From contig NC_087462.1 in assembly GCF_036321535.1 (NCBI RefSeq), positions 21,638,001-21,702,000 on the forward strand: a stretch of 64,000 nt of DNA, in the 5' to 3' direction. Every line of letters begins with the position of its first letter. The first letter of the stretch is position 1. Positions 1 to 9,789 of the stretch are shown one piece after another. Source of the stretch: Camelus dromedarius (Eukaryota). The notes below the pieces were generated by a model. It saw only the letters and a list, made by a program, of their open reading frames with translations. It was not told where the DNA came from and made no database searches. Position numbers and translations under genes: made by a program.

Positions 1-812
1 CCACCCCTCCTGAACAGGGTCCCGGGCTCCAGCGGTGGTGGGGGTGGGGGGGCTCTGAAGTCAGCACACAAGATAAAGATGTTTCCTTTTGTCCTTTGGC
101 TGACAAGCCAGCCCCAGCAGGTTCTGCTGGCCCCGGAGGTGTCTCCAGCAAGGCTGCGGCTCCAGCAGTGCGGACTCCGGGAAGGGAAGGGGGTCTGGGC
201 AGCAGAAGCCACAGCGCAGGTGGAGGGGTGGAGCGAGCTGTGTGCTGGGGCTTCGGGTTTCCTGGCTTTCCAGTCTTCGCGACTTTTAGGAGCAGGGAGG
301 GAGGGTCTCTCTGCGTCTTTTCCCCATCAAACAAAACAAAACCAAACCAGAAAAACAAACAGAACGTCAGGGAAATTTTGGAAAATAGATGGAAAAAAAA
401 AATCTCCACCAATCTCGCAGCTGGAGGGTGCAACCTGGCACATTGTGTCGGCTTTGTCCACAGGCAGCTCTGTTTTTGCACAGCTCGGGCAGAATCGGTT
501 TTGCTTCCACATTGTTCCTTCATCTGAGGTTGTGTGGAAGCATTTCCCAGGTGGCTCCATGCTGCTTCTAATCAGCAGTGTCAACGCCAGCAGGAGGCAG
601 CTTCCCCCTTGCTGGCAGTGCCCTGGCTCAACTTCCAGCCCTCCTCTCCATCCCCCGCACCCCCGCCACGCCCCAAGTCCCTGCATGCCAGGCCCGTTAT
701 GGCCAGAATCAGGGGGACTGGGTAAACTTTCTCAGCCTCCCTGTCCTCATGTCTAAACTGGAGGACAAGCGCGTCCCTCCTGGGTGGGGCTGCCATGAGG
801 CGGGACAGAGGA

Positions 813-1238
813 TGTTCCTGCTCTAAGGCCGCCGGAACAAATTCCTGCAAACTGGGTGGCTTCACACCACAGAAATGTTGTTCTCGCCCAGATCAGGAGC
901 CCAGATGTTCTTCAGGTGTTGGCTCCTTCTGGAACCACGCCTCTCTCCTGGGTCCTGGTGGCTGCCAGGTGGGTGCAGCTGGCGATCCTCGGCGTTCTTT
1001 ACAGACGCATCATTCCAGTTTCTACCTCCATCCTCAAGTCACCTTCTTCTCTGTGTCTCTCTGCGCCCGCTTCTCTTCTTCTAAGGACACTAATCACTAA
1101 GCCTGAATTGAACCTGGATGATTTCATCTTGACGTCTTTAGCTAATTACATCTGCAAGGACCCCATTTCCAAGTAAGACCACATTCTGAGGTTCTGAGAG
1201 GATCTCAGGTTTTGGAGGACACCATGGAACCCACTGTA
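813..1238 (-). mobile_element. MaLR solo LTR (MLT1B/C-like)
   Basis: AAACTGGGTGGCTT ... AATTACATCTGCAAGGACCCCATTTCCAA ... CCCACTGTA match the MLT1 consensus. Confidence 0.85.
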
Positions 1239-1464
1239 CCATGACAACACAAGAGACATTGTTAGCACCAACTAATCCATCGGTACCAGCGATGGTAGAT
1301 GCTCCATAAACACCAAATGAGTTAACAGGCTGACTCACACACTGGGCACAGTTGGCGTGGCTGAAACCTCATCCCCTGGGCTGACATCAGAGCCCAGGAC
1401 CCTGTGCAGGTGGGGGTCGGGGTGGGAGATGACATGCAGTGTGGGGAGATGGGGAGTAAGTAGT

Positions 1465-1630
1465 CTTAAGGGTCCACAAAAACATTTCAATTTATTTTAA
1501 AACAAGAAGCAAAAAATGAACATCATCGAGCCTGAATTATCTTTATACCAATTGCATAAAGTTTTAATCTTTTTTTAAGAGGAAGGGGTCATGCAGGCAT
1601 GAATGCTTGGGATCCATGGATGTCCTGGTG
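1465..1630. mobile_element. hAT-type DNA transposon relic (MER-type, family uncertain)
   Basis: AT-rich ATCTTTATACCAA ... GAGGAAGGGG block resembles a small hAT-Tip100 MER. Confidence 0.45.
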
Positions 1631-2429
1631 GAGTCTTAACTCCTACGGGCAGGGCCCTGCGAGGGGCTTTCCGCTGTTGTCTCGTTTTATCCTAACAGCT
1701 TGGCAGGTATCACCATACCCGTCTTGGAGGGGCGAGGGAACTAGGGTTATGTGAAGTTGATCTGCACTAACCACAAGCCGGGGGTGGCTTTGGAGACCTC
1801 TGACTGATCTGGCCCCCAGGAAATGGCCCGATGAAAGCAGGGCACCTTAGGCTGCGCTGAGCTGGGTCAGAGCTGAGTCTCCAGCCTGGCTCTCCTGACT
1901 CCAGATCTCCCACTCCCTGCACTCATGCCTCTCTCACCTGGAAGGCACGTGTTTCCACAAACACAAAACGGCATGGGGACTGGTTTCTCTGTCAACCCGC
2001 TACCTGATCTATAGATAGGCAATGTCCTGGCTGAGCCCCAGGAACCTTCCCGGGGGGAAGGCAACCTTCACAAGGCCAGTGACGCTCATAGTTGTTCAGC
2101 GGGAGCCTGAGGAGGGCTGTCCGAGGGCCCGCACCATCAGAGGAGCTGGCCCGTCCTGCGGGGCCCAGTGGGTCTGACCCTACACACAGACTCAGCCTCA
2201 CCCTGCCCCCAGCCTGGATGGGTGCCGTGTGATCCCTGCCTCCGGGAGCACCCAGTCACGTGGCGACCCCAGGGGCTGATGGTCTGGGTGAGTCCTGAGC
2301 AATGGGCAGGTGAAGACAGTACATGTGTGTGTGGACAGGGTAGGTGGGAGCACACGTGTGGAAGGCGGGTAGGCACAGAACATCCCAGAGAAGGACCAGC
2401 AACTGTAGACTCTGGGGCAGGAAGACGAG

Positions 2430-2790
2430 GCCAATGAGATGAGGGAGCGAGGACAAGAAAAAAGCCAGGAAGGTGGGGGAGACAAGATGACATCAGGCCT
2501 TGGGGGCCTTTAGAGGAGCTTGGAGTTTATTCTGTGTACAGTGGAAGCTGCTGTAAGATATAAGCAGGGGAGCGACATACTTTGACTGTGGTTTTTCTGC
2601 AGTAACTCTGGCTGCTGCCGTGGAGATGAGATTGGAGGAGGTGAGAGAGGTGGAGGGAAAGCGGGGAGACCAGGTTTGGGGCTGCTGTCATCAGCTGGGT
2701 GGTGGGTACTATAGGCTCAGGCCACAATACCTGCAAAGGAAACGCCAAGAAGGATTTGGGACATCTGGTAGAGGAGAAAGAGTAAGCGAC
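2430..2790 (-). mobile_element. L2 fragment
   Basis: GGAGTTTATTCTG ... TAAGCAGGGGAGCGACAT ... CTCTGGCTGCTG, typical antisense L2. Confidence 0.7.
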
Positions 2791-3419
2791 TCTTCTGGGG
2801 AGACGGAGCTCAGAGGGCACGTCAGGGACAAACCACCCAAGGAGAGATGATGAGTAGGGTTTTGACGATTGAATAGAAGTTTGCTCAGAAAGTGAAGGCT
2901 AAGGGGTTTCTCCCAACTATGAGACCCACGTGGGCCAAATCACAGAAGGGAAACCCTCAATGGCTGGATGAGGCTGGAATACAGAGAGTACAGGGGGGCC
3001 CGGCAGGAGGGGAAAGTGTTGGCAAGTCAGGGCCTCAAAGAGCCTCGAATGCCGTGTTGAATTTGGACTTGGTCCTAGAGAAGTAGGGAGCTGCAGGAGC
3101 CACATGCTTAGTTCACAGCTTGGATTCCAACGAAAGGACTAGGAACCATTTTCCCAGGCAGAAGCCATGAATGAATTACTCAAATGCGCAGGAAAATCCA
3201 TTTTAAAAAATCAAGAGTTGATAAAGACGCCTGGAGGAGCAATCCTGGCTTCTCCTGACTCCTCTCCTCACCGTCTGCAGATCCCCAGGGCAGAGGGACT
3301 AAAGCGGGGAGAAACGTCCGGGGGAGAAGCAGCGAGGATGGGCGGTCTCGCTGCCCTCTAGCCTCAGCCCAGCCGGAAGCGGGGATCCCACCCAACGCGA
3401 GAGCTGGTGGGATGATTTC

Positions 3420-3800
3420 CCATCCTCACCCTGTTAAGCTTTTAAATTTTTCAGAGACACTTTTTTCTTAACCTGTGGGGGGAAAAAAAAAAAAGAATTA
3501 GCTCATGAGAGCCACTGTTTTACATCTAATGTTCCTAAGATGGAGCTAGATATATAAGAAAATGAGTCAGGGGAGGGTATAGCTCAGTGGTAGAGTGCAT
3601 GCCTGGCACCCATGAGGTCCTGGGTTCAATCCCCAGTACCTCCATTAAAAATAAATAGGTAAACCTAATTACCCCCTCAAAATAAATAAATAAAAAGATA
3701 TAACTTTTTAAAAACAGAAAACAAGTCAATTTAAAGACAAACCTTATGCAAATGGTAGTAGAAGATACCGATTGTAGTGTCAGGACTTGGATGTTGCGGG
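3420..3800. mobile_element. hAT-Charlie-like relic interrupted by the SINE
   Basis: AAGTCAATTTAAAG ... AAATGGTAGTAG resembles a Charlie/MER internal segment. Confidence 0.35.
3570..3715 (+). mobile_element. Camelid tRNA-Ala-derived SINE (Vic-1 type)
   Basis: GGGGAGGGTATAGCTCAGTGG (A box), GGTTCAATCCCC (B box), AT-rich AAACCTAATTACCCCC tail, 13-bp TSD at 3557-3569 and 3716-3728. Confidence 0.95.
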
Positions 3801-4194
3801 ACATCGAGTTCTTTAAATTTTGGCGGGGGGTGGGGTGCCGGGGATGTGGTGGCTGTAAGTCTGGCGTGTGGGGCTTGGCGATCTGAGGTTTGCAAATACA
3901 GCTTTATAAAGGGACAGGGTGGGACCCCGGCAAAGTAAGGTGGTGATGGGGATGCAGGGTACGCGGACTTGCTCTCTGTGGAAGCTCCCTAGCTGTGTTC
4001 CTGCACGAGGCTCTGCACTCACCACCCTTCAAACACGCCCCGAGACAGCAGACTGCGGGGCTCAGACCCTAAGTCCCATCACTGGTTGACACAGAAGCCC
4101 TTTCTACAGAAAGGACCGGCACGGGGCGCAGAGGGATGGAGAAACACCTTCCCGCTCACACAGTGAGACAGTGGTGATGCCAAGAACAAGGAGC

Positions 4195-4410
4195 ATGAAA
4201 TAACCAGCTTATTCCGTGCCAGGTCCTGCTGTGGGCACTTTACGTGAAATTCATTGCCTGCTCCTCCCCCCAGCCCGTGAGCTTGGCGTTCGTATCTCTT
4301 TTCCAGGTGAAGAAACTGATGCTCAGAGTGATCGGGCGAGTTGCCGAGGTGATCTGGCTGCGGCCGAGCCGGGATTCCAGCCCAAATCTGGCTGATTGAC
4401 ACCAAAGCCC
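4195..4410 (-). mobile_element. MIR
   Basis: GAAGAAACTGATGCTCAGAG core plus flanking MIR segments. Confidence 0.7.
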
Positions 4411-4936
4411 GGAGTTGAAGTGAACGAGCCGAAGGCAGCGACGCCGCAGTCCGGAGGCCAGGCTGGGCTGCAGATGTGTTTGGTTTGGCTTGCTCCGAGC
4501 TTAATTCTTTTCTAATTGGTTGGCAACATGGAAGGACTGAGAGACTTCATATGAATACTCATCGCCCTGACTGCTCTAAGCAGAGCCGCTGATCTGGCCA
4601 AGCTGGGCCCACTTCTGCACCTGGCAGCACAGTGCCTTGACCTTGGACTTCCAGCCTCCAGAACCACAGGGCTGCCCCTGTGGCCAAAGTCTCTGCTCTG
4701 GGCTTTTCCACAGACCCCACCGGTCCCTATCACCCCCTCACCTGCCCACCTCACTCCTTTCTGGGGTCCGAGAGGCAGGAATCTGAGATCAGAATGTCCA
4801 ATTTGCCTTGTCCCCAGTGGACACACGGAGAGCCCAGGCCACCCTGAGAAGACCTGCTCCGTCTCCACTCAGCCTTGGCCCCCACTCACTGCCTGGAGCT
4901 TCTTTGTGTCCACAGTCACCCAGAGTGGGGAAGGCA

Positions 4937-5700
4937 TGCATTCATTTCCTCCCACTGCTGCAACAATTTATCATGAATTCACTGCCTCAAAACAATACGT
5001 ATTTATTCTACAGATCTGGAGGTCAGGAGCCCAAAATACATTCCGCTGGTTAAAACCAAGGTATCAGCAGGGCTGTGTTCCTTCTTGAGTTCCCAAGAGG
5101 CTGTCTGGGTTTGTTCAGGCTGCAGATGGGGTGGCTCCTAAAGCACAGAAATTTATTTCTCACGGTTCTGGAGGCTGGAAGTCCAAGGTCAAGGCATCAG
5201 CCTAGCAGGGCGAGCCCCTCTTCCAGGTGACAGGCTTCTCACTGTGTCCTCACAAGGGGGGAGGGGCAAGGGAGCTCGGTGGGGCCTCTTTTATAAGAGT
5301 GCAAATCCCACTCATAAGAGTGGAGTGACCCTTTCTCCTCCCACCTCCTAATCCCACTGCATTGGGGGCTAGGATTTCAACAGATGAATTTGGGATGCAC
5401 ACTTTCAGACCATAGCAGAAGCTGTTTCACAGCCTTTCCCAGCGTTTAGAGGTTGCCCACCCACATCCCTTGGCTTGTGGCTCCCTCTTGACCTTCAAAG
5501 CCAGCAGCGCAGTGTTTTCAGATCTCTCTCCCTGTTATAAAGACCCTTGTGGTTACACGGGGCCACCTGGGTCCTCAAGGGTGATCTCCCCAGCTCAACA
5601 CCCGTCACTCACTCACACGTGCAAAGTCCCTTTACCAGGTCAAGTGCATATTCATAGCTTCTGGGGGTGAGGATGCTGACATCTTTGGGATGGTGACTCA
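4937..5700 (-). mobile_element. MaLR solo LTR (MLT1D-like), split by a nested LTR
   Basis: 5' part 4937-5101 and 3' part 5418-5700 are contiguous in the MLT1D consensus. Confidence 0.85.
5102..5417 (-). mobile_element. MaLR solo LTR (MLT1A-like) nested in MLT1D
   Basis: TG...CA ends; GGAGGCTGGAAGTCCAAGGTCAAGG; 5-bp TSD GAGGC/GAAGC. Confidence 0.9.
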
Positions 5701-6319
5701 GGCTCCCCCAGGGGACGGTTTCAAGGTTCGATATGAGCGCTCGGAAAAGCAGAGAGTGAAACTCATGGCTGTGTCGTTCTCAGCGCCCTTTTCCGACACC
5801 GTGCAGCCTCCTTGACAAGAAAACGTTTAAATCCTGATGTTTCATTGGCAGTGGGCAGAGAAGGGCAGGGTGAGGATTTGGGTAAAAGCTGAGTGAGGAA
5901 GCCCCCAAGCACAGGGATCCTGGGGCTGCGGGGCTTCACTGGAGAAACACGGTGGGGTCCGTAACAGGAACACAAATGGGAGCGGGGCAGCTCTTGGGTC
6001 CTTGGCTGGGCCCCTCCCTGTGTTCACCAGCCCCACCCATCGCCATGGGGGGCTTCTGGCCCTCTCCCCGAAGGCCTCTCCAGTCTCTCCCCGCTCATCC
6101 ACACTCCACAGAACTTTCCTAAAATGCAAGTCTGAGTGCTTCCCTCCAGACCTGCCATGGCTCCCAGGAGAAAATCCAAGCTCAGTGTCCAGCATCCCGA
6201 GGCCCATGATTTGGTCCCACTACCGTCTCATCCCTTTTGATCTGGAGAGAGCGCTGGGCAGGGGGCTGGGAGCTCAGAGCCTCCTGTGCCCTGATTGCAT
6301 CAGACACATTCACATTCTG

Positions 6320-6430
6320 CATGTGAGTGGTTGCCCCTGCTTTATAAATGAGAAAAAAGTGCCCAGAGAGGTTGAGTGGTTTTCCCAAGATCACACAGCT
6401 AGGAAGAGGCAGACCTGAGGTTTGAATCCC
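6320..6430 (-). mobile_element. MIR
   Basis: CCCAGAGAGGTTGAGTGGTTTTCCCAAGATCACACAGCTAG. Confidence 0.7.
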
Positions 6431-6541
6431 GCTCCTTCAACTTCCCTGAGGCCTGACTCTGGGCCTGACAAAAGTGTGCAGGAGTGAGGACCACTGTGGG
6501 CTCTCGTCAGCATCTTCCAGCTCTGACTGTAGCTGGTGACG

Positions 6542-6656
6542 TGGGGAGATGTACATCCAGCAGAGGGTAAGGTTTGCAGCCTCGGAGACAGCCTGCCTGG
6601 GCCGGGATGCTGGCTCTGTTGACTGCCAAGTAATCTTCCCCAGGTGGGGCTCACTT
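6542..6656 (+). repeat. Local duplication, copy A
   Basis: Two blocks match 8031-8057 (25/27) and 8147-8220 (about 86%). Confidence 0.85.
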
Positions 6657-7620
6657 CGGGTTCGTAAGACCCTGTCTGTCAGGAAGCATCGTAAATGGAA
6701 AGCCAGTGAGGTCGTCAGCCCCAGACGGGGTCCCTGATGCTGGAGGGATGATTCGTGGCACATGACTGGGACTTAAGACAAAAGCCTGCTGGGATGAGGC
6801 TCCACGGGGCACCTTGTCCCGCCCTGCCCTGCCCTGCCCTGGGATGCAGTTCACAACCCTGGTGGCAGCAGTGACAGTCCTCTCTCTGCCAGCACCACAG
6901 CAAAGCCGAGGCACGCTGCCCTTTCTCTGGGCTGACCCCTCCTCTGCAGCTTCCTCTCACTCAAAAATGGGGGCAAGCCAGACAGGAGGGGTAACCCAGG
7001 CTCACCGCGACATGACAGCACCCTAGGGCTCCAAACCCATCAGTCAGTGCGGTCATCTCGTTAGCGGACCATGAGCAACCGCAAGTTCCCTGCATACCCC
7101 ACACCGGGTGCAGCTGGCAGGACCACAGCTGGCCCGGCCCCACTGTTCACTTTATCCTGCCTGTGACTAGTATTACTATTTTCATCACCTCATTGGCAGG
7201 AGGAGCGGGGCCGGTGACCAGGGCGCGGTGCCTGGACGCTGCGGCCTCAGCCCGGGCCTCTGCTCCACTTGGTCAGGCCGAAGCTGCGCTCTCCGCTCTC
7301 CCCACTGACGGGCACACAGCAGCATCACGGTGACTCCAAAGCCCCCTTTCTCCATCACTTAAGTCTCCACGCAGTTCAACTTTCTACCAAGTCAACTGTC
7401 TTAGTCCATCCTATTTCTGTTGTTAAAACATGCAAAGGATTTTCAAAACACAGACATGTCATTTCATGTGTATCAACTCCTTAACCAAATGCACTTTAAT
7501 TGAAGTCTTGATGCGCGTAGATCAGACACGTTCCTTCTTTTCTGAGCCTGGGATTCCGTGGCATGGGGGTGATGGGGATGGTGGGGGTGATGCCACCTAC
7601 TCCCTAAGGTTGTTTTGAAT

Positions 7621-7940
7621 TTTCATTCATTCATTCAACATGTTGATTGAACACCGGCTATGTGTCAAGCAGATTGCTCTGTGTGCGGAATAGCTTGGTG
7701 AACAAAATTCACACAGTCCCTGCTCGTCAGAGCTCAGCACTGAGAAAGGGAGACAGGAAGTAACAGTCACCTGAGAAAGTAGAGAATGACACGTGTGTCG
7801 GACCAGTGGAAGACAGAGGATGGGGAGCCACAAGAGAGAGCAGTGATATACTTGAGAACTGAACACCAAGGCAGGAGGAATGCGGTGGGCAGGTCCCAGG
7901 AGGAACAGCTCTGCAAGGGCTTCCAGGTGGAGGCAGAGCT
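7621..7940 (-). mobile_element. L2 3' end
   Basis: CATTCATTCATTCAAC tail followed by typical L2 body. Confidence 0.8.
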
Positions 7941-7954
7941 TGCAGGTCCCTCCC

Positions 7955-8030
7955 CTGGTCACAGCCTCAGTTTCCTCATCTGTGGAATGGGTGAGGCATT
8001 TCTATCCTGCAAGGCTGACTGAGGGCGACA
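7955..8030 (+). mobile_element. MIR
   Basis: CCTCAGTTTCCTCATCTGTGGAATGGG core. Confidence 0.75.
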
Positions 8031-8220
8031 TGGGGAGATGCACATCCCGCAGAGGGTGAATGTTCAGTGCAGAGCGAGTCAGAGAGATTGCGGTGTCTGT
8101 GTGTGGGGAGGGGAGGGGTGGGGGTGCTCCGATCCAGAGCATCTTTGGAGACAGCCTGCCAGGGTTGGGACGCTAGCTTTGTTAATTACCAAGTAATCTT
8201 CCCCAGGGTGGGGCTCACTT
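8031..8220 (+). repeat. Local duplication, copy B
   Basis: Matches 6542-6656 with a longer (89-bp) spacer between the two blocks. Confidence 0.85.
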
Positions 8221-8478
8221 GGAGTCTGTAAATGACTCCCTGCAGAGGCACCCCCACACCAGGAGAACTGCCAGCTGCAGGAGGGTGAGCATGCCTGTGG
8301 GGGTGGGGGCTCCAGGCACCAGGGAACCCCAGGACCCCACACAGGGTTTGCCCAGCAGGCACCAAGCTGGGCCTGGGGACACTGGAGTGACTCAGAGGTG
8401 GTCCTGGCCCAAGGTCTCTGTCCCTAAACAGACACGCCCTGTGTGATCAGCAGGGACAGGGACACAGACCCTGGTTAC

Positions 8479-8667
8479 CCTCACAGCCCAGGAGGCGCCG
8501 GCGGCCTCCAGATTTCCTCAGGGTTCGCTTTGGACCGAAGGGGCATGCTGGGATCCCCATTTGCACCACACGGCTCCGAGGAAGGTGCAGACTGGGGCTC
8601 ATGTCGGAGAGCCGGGCGGCGGCTGCGGAGCATCAGTAGATGCGGGCAGGAGATGAAGGAAGTCTCC
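8479..8667 (-). other. Candidate second exon (alternative acceptor would extend it to 8734)
   Basis: Minus-strand acceptor TTTTCATTCTTTCTCCTTTCCAG|G at 8667, second acceptor CCTTCCTCTCTTACAG|G at 8734, donor AGG|GTAACC at 8479/8478. Confidence 0.5.
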
Positions 8668-8900
8668 CTGGAAAGGAGAAAGAATGAAAAGATCTTTGAG
8701 CCAGGCCCTGACGATGAAAAGGAATCCAGCTCGCCTGTAAGAGAGGAAGGCGGGCAGGGCGATGCGGAGGATGGTCTGGGGGAGCGCAGGGCGGGCTGTG
8801 GCGGGCGTGCGGGCCCTGCCTGGTGCGCGGGGTCCGCCCGCGGGCATGGCGGGGGGGGGTGCCGAGGGCTGGCGACGGCGCGCGCGGGAACGGGCCTCAC

Positions 8901-9010
8901 CCGGACAAAGGCAGCCCCGGGAGGCGTCCGCGAGCGCGTGCTGCCCCCTGGCGGCGAGCCGCTCCCCGCGCCGCGAGCCCGGAGCTGCCTTTGTTTTCCA
9001 GTTCCAGCTC
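8901..9010 (-). other. Candidate first (5' UTR) exon; start site approximate
   Basis: Minus-strand donor CGG|GTGAGG at 8901/8900 inside the CpG island, just downstream of the GC box; no ATG in the exon. Confidence 0.5.
8939..8957 (-). promoter_or_regulatory. CTCF motif
   Basis: Minus strand TCGCCGCCAGGGGGCAGCA fits the CCRSYAGRKGGCRS core. Confidence 0.7.
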
Positions 9011-9119
9011 CCGCCGGGGCGGGCTGGGAAGTCTGGAAGCCCGGGATCCAGGCCCCCCGCGCGGCCGACCGCGATGCCAGGGCCGTGCGCCGGAGCCAGT
9101 TCGATCCCTGGCACTGAAG

Positions 9120-9210
9120 CTCGCGGCCTGCCCGCCCTCTCAGAGCCTCAGTCTCCCCCAGTGTAAAATGGGGAGAAGGAGGACTCGGACCCACGGGATT
9201 GTGGGGTATT
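9120..9210 (+). mobile_element. MIR core abutting the CpG island
   Basis: CTCTCAGAGCCTCAGTCTCCCCCAGTGTAAAATGGGG. Confidence 0.75.
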
Positions 9211-9544
9211 GGCGGTGCTTCTGCGCCAAGTAGCAAGAGATGCTGGTTGAGGCTTTCGGGCCCCCAGCCCCACTCCCCGTGAGAATTTGGGTACCGAGAG
9301 GAGGCCGGTGCGTATGAGCGTCTGACACATCCTTTGATTCTGAACTGACCCCGTAGAGCTACCGACTGGGGCTGAGCAGAGAATGAAACCAAGTCTCTGC
9401 CTTGGCCGAGCTCGCACACGAGAGAGGGACCCAGTCAGTACATGAACACAAAGTTCGACCTAGAAGAATCCAATTGACCGCGCAGCATCCCGGACTCGCT
9501 CTGTCTGTCCCCTCCAGAGGCAGCCTGGTTGAGAGAAAATTAAA

Positions 9545-9690
9545 GACTCTAAAGGAACAATCCTGGGCTCAAATCCAAATCTTCTTTCTCCCATCTGTAT
9601 GACTCGGGCATAACCAATCACTTGTCTGTGCCTCAGTTTCCCCCTATATATAATGGGCACAACCCCAACCACCACGGGGCAGTGAGAACT
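9545..9690 (+). mobile_element. MIR
   Basis: CCTGGGCTCAAATCC ... GTGCCTCAGTTTCCCC. Confidence 0.7.
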
Positions 9691-9789
9691 ATAAGGAACA
9701 AGACCGTAGGATAAAGGGAGGGTAGGCCTACAGGAGGTGGGGAGGATAGCACCCCTGTGATGCGGAAGGAAGGGGCAGCTCTGTCACGG

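Larger units (their letters stand above)
8480..9140 (-). promoter_or_regulatory. CpG-island promoter of an unidentified minus-strand gene
   Basis: About 69 CpGs counted by hand in ~660 bp; very GC-rich; GC box GGGGCGGGC at 9016-9024; splice signals point to minus-strand transcription. Confidence 0.85.

Noticed and set aside
79-756. 225-aa plus-strand ORF and overlapping ORFs
   Set aside because: Runs through a low-complexity CAAAA tract, lacks recognisable domains and has no supporting exon structure
3570-3645. tRNA-Ala gene calls here and at 62073-62146
   Set aside because: Both are SINE heads with disrupted acceptor or anticodon stems, followed by the SINE AT-rich body; the first also has a TSD
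8479-9010. Assigning a gene name to the CpG-island transcript
   Set aside because: No coding exon I recognise lies in the window; a BLASTN of these exons against mammalian RefSeq would be needed
8443-9419. Long overlapping ORFs over the CpG island (312 aa minus, 224 aa plus, 171 aa minus and others)
   Set aside because: Ala/Gly/Pro/Arg-rich, open in several frames on both strands, cross MIR sequence and predicted introns, and resemble no protein I know; typical stop-codon depletion in GC-rich DNA
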